Under the pieces are notes generated by a model. It did no database searches, had not been told where the DNA came from, and saw nothing but the letters and a program-made list of their open reading frames with translations. Shown one piece after another: positions 10,206 to 17,787 of a DNA stretch of 20,000 nt (position 1 is the stretch's first letter; the number at the start of each line of letters is the position of its first letter). The stretch lies in the NCBI GenBank assembly GCA_963976765.1, contig CAXBME010000024.1, positions 116,177 through 136,176 on the forward strand, read 5' to 3'. Source of the stretch: an uncultured Planctomycetaceae bacterium (GTDB lineage Bacteria > Planctomycetota > Planctomycetia > Planctomycetales > Planctomycetaceae). The translations under genes and the position numbers were made by a program.

Positions 10206-11366
10206 TCAGGAGTCGCTATCGGGATGCGTGTGAACGGTCTTCGTCTGCTTCTGAAACGGATACTTGAACTGCGAGAAGTATCCACGAGGCACGGGGTGGC
10301 CAGAGATTCCGTAGCCGATGGGCCATTCTTCACCCGGCATGTGATACGTCCCGAAGACTCGATCGAGAATCGGGAAGTGGACCGCGTAGTTGATGTTGAT
10401 CGATTCTTTCTCGACGCCATGGTGCCAGTGGTGAAACCTCGGCGTGCACAGAATGTACTGCATGAATCCAAAGTGAAATCGCAGGTTCGAATGCACAAAC
10501 ACGGAGAACAGATAGACGAAGAAAATGTACGCGTACAACGCCGACTCGGAGTAGCCCATGAAGTACATCGGGACGGTCGTGAAGGCTCGCAGCAGAACGA
10601 TCTCGAAGACGTGCATCCGCGAGCCGGCCACCCAGTCCATCTTCTGAGCCGAATGGTGGACTGCATGAAACTTCCACAGCCAGGGGATTTCGTGAAACAG
10701 CCGGTGAAACCAGTACTGCACGAAGTCGGTCACAAACATGATCTCGAAAAACTGCACGACCAGAGGCTGGCTGGCGACCATTTCGCGGAAGCCCGTCGCC
10801 CAGCCCGTCCCCTTTACAAGCTGTAGCGACGGCGTCAGCGACATGTAAGTCAGCGATTGGACAAACAGGCTGCTGATGAAAAAGTAGAGCAAATCTTCTC
10901 GCCAGTCGTCGCGGAAGATCGGCTGGTCGTTCTTCTTAAACAGTCGTTCGATCGGGATGAAAATCGTGCCGAGCAGGATCAGATTCAGCAGAAAGAAATC
11001 CAGTCCGAAGTACATGTCTGTTTCGCCGGTCATGTGACGGCTTGCCCGCGAACCGCCCATCGCCGCCGCCACAAGCACGATGGCGATCCCGGCAAATCCC
11101 AGCGTTTTGCTGTGTCGCAGAGTGATACTCAGAATGCCGAATACAAACGCGGCGATCAGCACAAAATGCAGAACGAGGCGGATCAGACCGACAACCTGCT
11201 CGCTGTACAGCGTGTGGATTTCCGGGACGGTCAGCAGTTGCGGAAACCACAAACAAAGAACTGTCCCCAGCCCGACAACGCCCAGCACGATGCTCAGCAT
11301 CCCGCTGATCCAGCCGGAGCCGAACTGTCGGTTCTCTGAGTCCATTTCCTGAGCAAGTCGTCCCAT
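10206..11366 (-). CDS. Sterol desaturase / fatty acid hydroxylase family membrane di-iron enzyme
   Basis: His boxes HRLFH, HAVHH, FVHSN and HHWHH; NYAVHFPILDRVFGT motif; multiple TM segments. Confidence 0.9.
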   Translation of the reverse strand: MGRLAQEMDSENRQFGSGWISGMLSIVLGVVGLGTVLCLWFPQLLTVPEIHTLYSEQVVGLIRLVLHFVLIAAFVFGILSITLRHSKTLGFAGIAIVLVAAAMGGSRASRHMTGETDMYFGLDFFLLNLILLGTIFIPIERLFKKNDQPIFRDDWREDLLYFFISSLFVQSLTYMSLTPSLQLVKGTGWATGFREMVASQPLVVQFFEIMFVTDFVQYWFHRLFHEIPWLWKFHAVHHSAQKMDWVAGSRMHVFEIVLLRAFTTVPMYFMGYSESALYAYIFFVYLFSVFVHSNLRFHFGFMQYILCTPRFHHWHHGVEKESININYAVHFPILDRVFGTYHMPGEEWPIGYGISGHPVPRGYFSQFKYPFQKQTKTVHTHPDSDS

Positions 11367-11783
11367 GATTCATCCCGCTGAATTGTGCGAAAGTCTGCGT
11401 GCCGCCAGGCGGATGATCTCAATCTTCGGGGGCGATGTCGACTTCGGGCATGGGTTTGTAGGGAATGTCATCGTAAGGCGTCAGTTCGGGTAGCTCGAGG
11501 CCGAGATCTTCCAGATGCGCCGTGGCGTAAGTGAGCCCGAAGGCGTAGGCAAACCGTGACCCTTGGCTACAAGCCGGCTGCACGCTTGTTGTGTGATTCG
11601 CAAGTGTTTGTCAAACGCATTCCTGTCCGAAGCCATCACTCATTTCCTGAAAAAATTCTCTTGCAACGGCGCCTGGCCCGCTTACAACTTCATCCTCTTG
11701 TTGGTCTGATCGTTTTAATCGCGAACAAGATATCATCTAATGGTCCGTACCCTTGTATGTTTGCGCTTGTAAAGGATTTTCCA

Positions 11784-14450
11784 ATGGCAACCACTGACTG
11801 GCTGACAGGAATCCGAAACTCAATAAGCAACACTTGGCGATTGGGCAAAGGCCGACCATCTACGAGAAGGCGATCACCTGTTGGGCGATGTCCAATCGCT
11901 GCCGAGATTCTGGAAACTCGGGTACTGCTGAGTGCAACCGCCGAGGATGCCGCGATCCAGGCTTACAACGACGCCGTCGATATTGCGGATGCAAACCTGT
12001 CTTCTGATGTTGCTCTGGCTGAGACAGCGGCGACGTTACTTATCGACACGGCAGTTATGAATGCCGAGACAATCATTGCGGGGGCTGATGCTGCCTATGC
12101 CACGAACATGACAACGATTGATCTGGCATTGGAGTCAGCACTTGCAGCCGCTGAGACTGGATACCTGACAACGATGGCGTCAGTCGATGCTGTGTTCACT
12201 GCGAGCATGCAAACCGCCATTGATGGCTACAACACTGCAATGGATATTGCGGATCTGGCATTTGATACAGCTGCGGGCGCTGCAGGCGCGGCGTACGAAG
12301 CAGACATGGTGCTTGCAGCCGCGAACTTTGACGCCGCAGTCGATATCGCGATCAGCTCCTACAATTCTTCGGTCGACACTGCTGATTCCGCTTGGAGTTT
12401 GGCTGAAGCCACTGCATGGTCCAACTATGATAGCGCTGTGAACGTAGCGAATCTGAACTACGAGACCGCAATGGGTCTCGCAAATTCCAACTACGACACG
12501 GGACTATACAACGCTCAGGCCACACGTGTGACGGCGGTAGGTGCAGCGTTCGACTCCTATGTTTCTGCTATGGATGCCGCCAGCAGTGCACTTCAAGCGG
12601 CGTATGAATCCGCAGTGACGGCGTACAACAACGACGTTGACGTCGCAGACGCGAATTTCGAATCGGCGATGAATTCCGCGAGTGCAACGTACAACACATC
12701 AATGCAAAGTGCCGTTGACACTTACTATGCCTCAGTCGATCCCGCCTATCAGACATATGTTGATACTGAATCCAGCGCCTACCAGGACTTGATGGATGCC
12801 TGGGGGACGGCTCAGGATGACTATGACACGGCGATGATGAACGCGACTTCGCCTGCAGATGAGGCTGCTGCCCAGTCTGCGTTTGACGCAGCGACGAGCG
12901 CAGCTGACGCTGCGTACTTCTTCACCGAAGATGCTGCATGGAGTGCGTACGTCAGCATCGAGAATGCGGCATTTGCGCAGTACGAAACTGACGCTGCAGC
13001 TGCCGACGCACAATGGTCTGTCGACGAACAGAATGCGGTGAATGCCTGGAACACGGCAGAGCTGGCTGCGTGGAGCACGTACGTTGCTGACACCACAATT
13101 GCTGACGCGAACTATGCCACTGCAACAGTCACGGCACAAACTAATTACGACAACGGTATCGCGGCTGCAGACGCCACCTATGCCACAGACAAGGCGGCAG
13201 TCGACTCGCAGTATGCCGTCGAATCAGCGAACGCCGAGAACGCCTGGGTCGCCGCTGAAGCTACCGCGTGGGCCACCTACGAAGCCGATCTGGCTTTTGC
13301 CGACGGGGTTTGGGATGCTGCAGAAGCAACTGCCTGGGTTGACCTGCAGTCCGACATTGGCATAGCGGAAACAGCTTGGAATCTGGCTGCGGCAACAGCG
13401 GAAGCAAACTACGTTGTCGCCATCCAGACGGCGTACTCCAACTGGAATTCGGCAGAAGCTACTGCCTGGGGCAACTATTCAGTCGCGGCGACCGCAGCTG
13501 AGGCGACATGGGCCGCTGGCGAAGCTGCTGCGTGGACTACGTATCTGGCAGGCGTTCAGGCGGCTTTGGCTGACTGGGCTAATGATGAACTGGTCGCGTG
13601 GAATAATTTTGAAGCGATCGTCCTGCCTGCTCTCGCGCAACTTGAGATCGACGTCAACAACGCGGTCGCTCAGTTCGAGGTTGACATCGCCGCAGCCGTT
13701 GCGGTCTGGGAAGCTGCAGAGGAAGCAGCGTGGAATATCCTGATTGCAGCCCTGGCTGCAATCCCCGATCCGCCTCCCCCTGAACCGCCACAACCGACGG
13801 TCGAACCCGCACGACGTCCATACTACGTCATGCCGATTATGATAGCTCCTTCCAGTCCCGGAATGGGGGAGGCCATTCTCGCGAATACGCAACCACGAAT
13901 GGTTGTCCCGGACAACGAAAATATCCAGAAGACTGATTTTGAGTTGTTGATGGACTATTTGTACCCTGCATCCGCTAATCTCCGTAAGCAGAAGCAAGCT
14001 GAATATGGTGTCCCAATAGTCACTGTGTTGCCGCAAGGACCGGTGGACGAGGCAAAGCGAACAGGAGTTAGTCAGTCAGAAGGCGAGAAGTTCACTAATG
14101 TGCCTGATGGCCACCTCGTTGGCACATCTGGGGCTGGTCCCTGCATCGGAGTTATCGTGGTCTCTCCCGCTGACGCGAGCGGAAACCGTACGATATGGGT
14201 ATTCCACTTCGATTCCGGCGACGACCCAGAAGCCACTCTGGCGGCGGCAGGCCCCTTTCCACAAGGATCGCATGTCGTGTTTTTCGGCGGCGAAGACGAT
14301 CCAGGATCGACAAACACATTGGATTCGGTACTTGACTACTTCGAAGGATTACCAGATGGTCGAGTAATCATCGACGGCATTTACAACTCCATCGGATTAT
14401 GGGTTGACAATGAAGGAAACTACTACGTCAATCCCAAAGAGCGACATTGA
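11784..14450 (+). CDS. LEPR-XLL-leader exported protein with hendecad helical rod and C-terminal CheD/NTAN1/CNF1-like deamidase domain (candidate toxin/effector)
   Basis: AAAGGA at 11771-11776 precedes ATG 11784. The basic leader ends in EILETRVLLSA. It is followed by 54 eleven-residue Ala-rich repeats, PDPPPPEPPQP, and the C-terminal VSQSE..VGTSGAGPCIGVIV..WVFHFD..VVFFGG. The CDS call is firm; the function is inferred. Confidence 0.75.
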   Translation: MATTDWLTGIRNSISNTWRLGKGRPSTRRRSPVGRCPIAAEILETRVLLSATAEDAAIQAYNDAVDIADANLSSDVALAETAATLLIDTAVMNAETIIAGADAAYATNMTTIDLALESALAAAETGYLTTMASVDAVFTASMQTAIDGYNTAMDIADLAFDTAAGAAGAAYEADMVLAAANFDAAVDIAISSYNSSVDTADSAWSLAEATAWSNYDSAVNVANLNYETAMGLANSNYDTGLYNAQATRVTAVGAAFDSYVSAMDAASSALQAAYESAVTAYNNDVDVADANFESAMNSASATYNTSMQSAVDTYYASVDPAYQTYVDTESSAYQDLMDAWGTAQDDYDTAMMNATSPADEAAAQSAFDAATSAADAAYFFTEDAAWSAYVSIENAAFAQYETDAAAADAQWSVDEQNAVNAWNTAELAAWSTYVADTTIADANYATATVTAQTNYDNGIAAADATYATDKAAVDSQYAVESANAENAWVAAEATAWATYEADLAFADGVWDAAEATAWVDLQSDIGIAETAWNLAAATAEANYVVAIQTAYSNWNSAEATAWGNYSVAATAAEATWAAGEAAAWTTYLAGVQAALADWANDELVAWNNFEAIVLPALAQLEIDVNNAVAQFEVDIAAAVAVWEAAEEAAWNILIAALAAIPDPPPPEPPQPTVEPARRPYYVMPIMIAPSSPGMGEAILANTQPRMVVPDNENIQKTDFELLMDYLYPASANLRKQKQAEYGVPIVTVLPQGPVDEAKRTGVSQSEGEKFTNVPDGHLVGTSGAGPCIGVIVVSPADASGNRTIWVFHFDSGDDPEATLAAAGPFPQGSHVVFFGGEDDPGSTNTLDSVLDYFEGLPDGRVIIDGIYNSIGLWVDNEGNYYVNPKERH
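11961..13769 (+). repeat. Protein-level 11-aa (33-nt) degenerate tandem repeat array, 27 + 27 units
   Basis: Manual phasing puts an aromatic or hydrophobic residue at position 2 of most 11-mers (AYNDAVDIADA, GYNTAMDIADL, AWVAAEATAWA). There is a single 9-aa register break, PADEAAAQS, at 12852-12878. Confidence 0.88.
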
Positions 14451-14581
14451 CTACTCAGGATAGTCAATCGCGCCGATTTTAGTTTTTTAAATACAAAGGG
14501 AAGGATTTTAACAGACGGAAATTGTTAATTAAATATTTACTCTGCTTGCTGGCTGATTCTCAGACTTAACGGTGTTCAGTA

Positions 14582-15628
14582 ATGACGCGACAAAGAAAAA
14601 CGATCGTCTGCATCACGGCTGTTCTCGTGGTGTGTGGAATTGGTTTTGGTGGCTATAGCTATTGGTACCTGCTCAAGCCCTGGCACGAATTTCAAAACGA
14701 AGATCAGGGCGTTGCAGAGATTTTTAAGCGCATTGGTTCGGAGCCTCCGCCTGGTGTTGTCGAGCGTGAATGGAAAGAGTTTCTGGGAATGGTCTATACG
14801 GCCTATGGTAATGTGACGTTTTCGCCCTTCTATCAGCGAGAATCGTTCGACACACTGGCCGGAATGCGTCGGTTTCGGTGTGACCTCGATCAACATCTGG
14901 CGGCCACCGACACCGTTAATGTCGACACATTGCGTTGGATATTCTACAGGCTTGCGAAGTTTGGTCCCAAAGGAAAAGCCTACATCGAACAACGGACAAC
15001 AGACTTCGAACACCATGCTGATTTTATAGAACGAAGAGTGTTGAAGGAGCCCATCGATAAGTTCGACGAACACACGCTTATCCAACCACACATCCAGGAA
15101 AGTATTATGACTCAAGATTCCCACAAGGATTCCGTTCCCGGCACAGTCAGTTCTGAAGATAACGAATCCGGCTCTCCGGGTTCCGAAAGCGAATTCCTGG
15201 TCGGTCAGTCCGAATCTGCAATCTCGTCAACATCCAATATTCGGGGCGGCGATTCCGGGTATGTTGTGTCCGAGGAAATCGTTGACGACTTGCTGATTTC
15301 AAGCGTGCAGAAACCACCACTCGGCACAGACCTGAATCGGTCGACGAGTCGTGAAGCACGCGTCCTTTCTCAAGCTACAACAGACGACTCTATGGTGCCG
15401 CAGGTAAAGGTCGAGTCAGTAGGTCCAGTACGACGACAGCCACCAACAATTGTTAACCCTGCAGAGTCGACTAAAGTCGATATTCAGAATCGCATTAATC
15501 TGCTTCGCGAAACGACAATTAATCAGCGCGCACAACGACTCGCCAGAATGGAAGAAGTGTCAAAGAATCGACGACCTTCTCGACGCAAAAAGCCATCGGG
15601 ATTTGAAAACTTACCGTCAGGGCGATAG
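14582..15628 (+). CDS. Hypothetical membrane-anchored protein, candidate immunity/partner protein with a low-complexity C-terminal half
   Basis: Basic N-terminus plus a TM/signal segment (IVCITAVLVVCGIGFGGYSYWYLL), a compact helical-looking ~120-aa domain, then a Ser/Glu-rich tail. It lies directly downstream of, and co-oriented with, the deamidase-domain gene. Confidence 0.7.
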   Translation: MTRQRKTIVCITAVLVVCGIGFGGYSYWYLLKPWHEFQNEDQGVAEIFKRIGSEPPPGVVEREWKEFLGMVYTAYGNVTFSPFYQRESFDTLAGMRRFRCDLDQHLAATDTVNVDTLRWIFYRLAKFGPKGKAYIEQRTTDFEHHADFIERRVLKEPIDKFDEHTLIQPHIQESIMTQDSHKDSVPGTVSSEDNESGSPGSESEFLVGQSESAISSTSNIRGGDSGYVVSEEIVDDLLISSVQKPPLGTDLNRSTSREARVLSQATTDDSMVPQVKVESVGPVRRQPPTIVNPAESTKVDIQNRINLLRETTINQRAQRLARMEEVSKNRRPSRRKKPSGFENLPSGR

Positions 15629-15901
15629 TCGCTGGACACATGTACGCGAAAGAGTCAGAAAAGACCGGTCTCTCCCCAGCCTGCGCAACTCATTCGGTGA
15701 CACGCCTCGATCGCCAGTTCCCGATGCTCGGGCAGGTCGAACGAGGTGCTGTTGATAATTACTTTTTCTTCTGTAGCGGGTCGGACTGCGGAGTTACGTT
15801 TTTGTTAGACATCGTGTCACCGTTCGAGACGGTTCATCAAAACGAATTGACAGTGTCGACGTTGACGAATCTGGACAAGTCAGCGAGGCTGATCGCTTTC
15901 G

Positions 15902-17014
15902 TCAGGCAGGTTCAGTCAGTTCGAAACTGGCTTCCGCGACGACAGTGCCGTTGATCTGGACTTCCAGGCGATGCTGACCGGCGTGTAGCGATCGGGTGCT
16001 GCGAGGTTTCATTGGGAACGACTTTTCCCATTCGAAAATCTCGCCTGGCGGCACCACGACCTCTTTCCCTTTGAAGACTTTCGACGATGCTCGACCAGTC
16101 GGGCGAGCGTAATGCATCACCCAATCGATCAGCAGGCTCTGCGATCGTCGGCCGGACGGTGACAATTTAAGTTGTGCCGTGACGGTTTCTCCGATGACCA
16201 CTTTACCAGGAGTGACACTCAGAGCGACTTCTTTCAACATTGCCGGTCCGTAACCAAGGATGCTTAACGCAGACTCGTCTCCGGTTTTGATCAGACTGCG
16301 GAGCGCGTGGCGGATGATCCAGTTGGTCGTTGGGGTGTCGGCCTTGCTCCACGCCTTCATTGTTTTCAGCAGCCAGGCGGGATCGTCTTTGCCCAGATCG
16401 TTCAGGTGATTGGCGACTGACTTCTGGACAAACTTTGAAGGGTCGCACTTCAGGGCTTCGAGAATCGGCAACACCCGATCGCGAGGCAGCGTTAGTCGAC
16501 TGGCCCACGGAAGCCGTGGGCGCGTACCTTCACTGCACAAGCGACGGACATGTTGCGATTCGTCGGTCGTCCACTCGTGCAGCACTTCCAGTGTTTTCTC
16601 AGGATGGTGTTCCAGATGCGGGCGGATGGCAAACTCAGAAGTGAAACATCGAGTCAGCCAGTAACACGCTTCAATGGCCTCGTCCCAATGGTCGATGGCG
16701 AAGTCTCGAACAAAGTCCGACAGCGGCCACAGCCAGAAATGCTCGGAGAACATTCCTTCGACATCCGGCAGTTCCTCCGGAAGACTGTTGGTGATCGTTT
16801 CGAGCGAGGTTGGAATATCGTCCGGAAGCGATTTCCGAAGAGCCTCGGCGACGTGCCGCGTTCGCTGCGTGAACTCCAGCGGTTCGAGATTCCGGCACGC
16901 AGCTCGTTCGAACCGGTGCAGTGGAAACTCGGGCCAGGCGGTCGCGATCTGCCTGGCGAGTTTCCGGATAGCGTCGCGGTTGATGTAATTTTTGAGGGCG
17001 TAGTTTTCGGTCAT
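15902..17014 (-). CDS. alkC: DNA alkylation repair glycosylase, AlkC family (HEAT-like repeats plus C-terminal Ig-like domain)
   Basis: Motifs FTSEFAIRP, HVRRLCSEGTRPRLPW and FVQKSVANHLNDLGKD; beta-rich C-terminus with KVFK and GQHRLEVQING. Confidence 0.85.
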   Translation of the reverse strand: MTENYALKNYINRDAIRKLARQIATAWPEFPLHRFERAACRNLEPLEFTQRTRHVAEALRKSLPDDIPTSLETITNSLPEELPDVEGMFSEHFWLWPLSDFVRDFAIDHWDEAIEACYWLTRCFTSEFAIRPHLEHHPEKTLEVLHEWTTDESQHVRRLCSEGTRPRLPWASRLTLPRDRVLPILEALKCDPSKFVQKSVANHLNDLGKDDPAWLLKTMKAWSKADTPTTNWIIRHALRSLIKTGDESALSILGYGPAMLKEVALSVTPGKVVIGETVTAQLKLSPSGRRSQSLLIDWVMHYARPTGRASSKVFKGKEVVVPPGEIFEWEKSFPMKPRSTRSLHAGQHRLEVQINGTVVAEASFELTEPA

Positions 17015-17127
17015 GGATTTGTTGACGCGACGGGTGAGTCTTGAAGTTTAGTGGTCATTGAGAAGTCGACAAAGAACCCCTGTTGCAGGTCTCTTTGAGG
17101 CCGGAAGCCTGAGGTCTCGGAGCTCGG

Positions 17128-17544
17128 CTACAGGTTGTTTGTCAGTCTCCTGGATTGTCTGACTCGGTGAACGATCAGCGCGACACCAACCAGCGTGCCA
17201 AGCGAGTCGCCTGTCGCGTGCATATAATTGACCAACCCAACGGAAGATTGTCCAAAGACATGAGTCAGCCAGACCAAAGGTAACCACACGACGGCCAGAC
17301 CAATCGAGACGGCCACTTTTCGTGACGGAGCGACCGAAATGCCAGCAAAGATCAGCACGAAACCGCTCGGCAGATATTGGAAAAGCGGGAATAGAAACTC
17401 GGGATAACCAGGCCCTCGGAGAAACGAGAACAACGCAAACGCAAACCTCTGCATCAGCCAATGAGCAAGGTACGCACACGGCAATACGCTGAGCCATCTC
17501 AGCACATTGAGTTCTGTATGCTTCTTTCTGTCCGACACGACCAT
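17128..17544 (-). CDS. Hypothetical integral membrane protein (about 4 TM)
   Basis: Hydrophobic segments throughout from MVVSDRKK. GGGAAAG precedes ATG 17544; the upstream extension to 17745 looks non-coding. Confidence 0.65.
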   Translation of the reverse strand: MVVSDRKKHTELNVLRWLSVLPCAYLAHWLMQRFAFALFSFLRGPGYPEFLFPLFQYLPSGFVLIFAGISVAPSRKVAVSIGLAVVWLPLVWLTHVFGQSSVGLVNYMHATGDSLGTLVGVALIVHRVRQSRRLTNNL

Positions 17545-17749
17545 CTTTCCCGCGATGCGGCCAAACGTGAATCTGCGATGCACGAGACTGATCGGTCTCG
17601 AATCTTCGCTTGCGGAGAGTGTGACGCGATCACGGCGAAAAGCACGCTCCGGCGCAGTAATGACGCCCTGCATTGCCAACGCTTCGGAAGTAGCATCCTG
17701 GATGCTTACAATTCTGCAACGTACTGTGGCCTCGTTTCGAAACAACGTC

Positions 17750-17773
17750 CCTGAATATCAACCTGAATATCAA
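17750..17773 (+). repeat. Perfect 12-bp tandem direct repeat CCTGAATATCAA x2
   Basis: Seen directly; it ends 14 bp before the sulfatase ATG. Confidence 0.85.
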
Positions 17774-17787
17774 GCAGAGAGCGATCT

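Noticed and set aside
10206..11366. Evidence of a sterol biosynthesis pathway
   Set aside because: The family is broad, and no squalene monooxygenase or oxidosqualene cyclase gene is present in the window.
11400..11700. Riboswitch or ncRNA in the divergent intergenic region
   Set aside because: No recognisable conserved RNA motif; only short, weak palindromes.
11556..11783. 76-aa N-terminal extension of the 964-aa ORF
   Set aside because: ATG 11784 has a good RBS and yields a typical LEPR-XLL leader. The extension reads like AT-rich promoter DNA.
11961..13769. Phage tape-measure protein, CRISPR array or DNA-level tandem repeat
   Set aside because: There are no phage genes nearby and the protein has a LEPR-XLL leader. 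The periodicity is degenerate at the nucleotide level, with no repeat-spacer structure.
14040..14450. Calling the gene cheD (chemotaxis)
   Set aside because: There are no che or MCP genes in the window, and the domain is fused to an export leader and rod. Only fold-level similarity is supportable.
14576..15124. 182-aa minus-strand ORF opposite the partner gene
   Set aside because: It is an antisense shadow of 14582-15628 with no recognisable motifs.
15640..15954. 104-aa plus-strand ORF as a further immunity or orphan gene
   Set aside because: It has no clear RBS or motif and overlaps the alkC 3' end. It cannot be supported, though it is not excluded.
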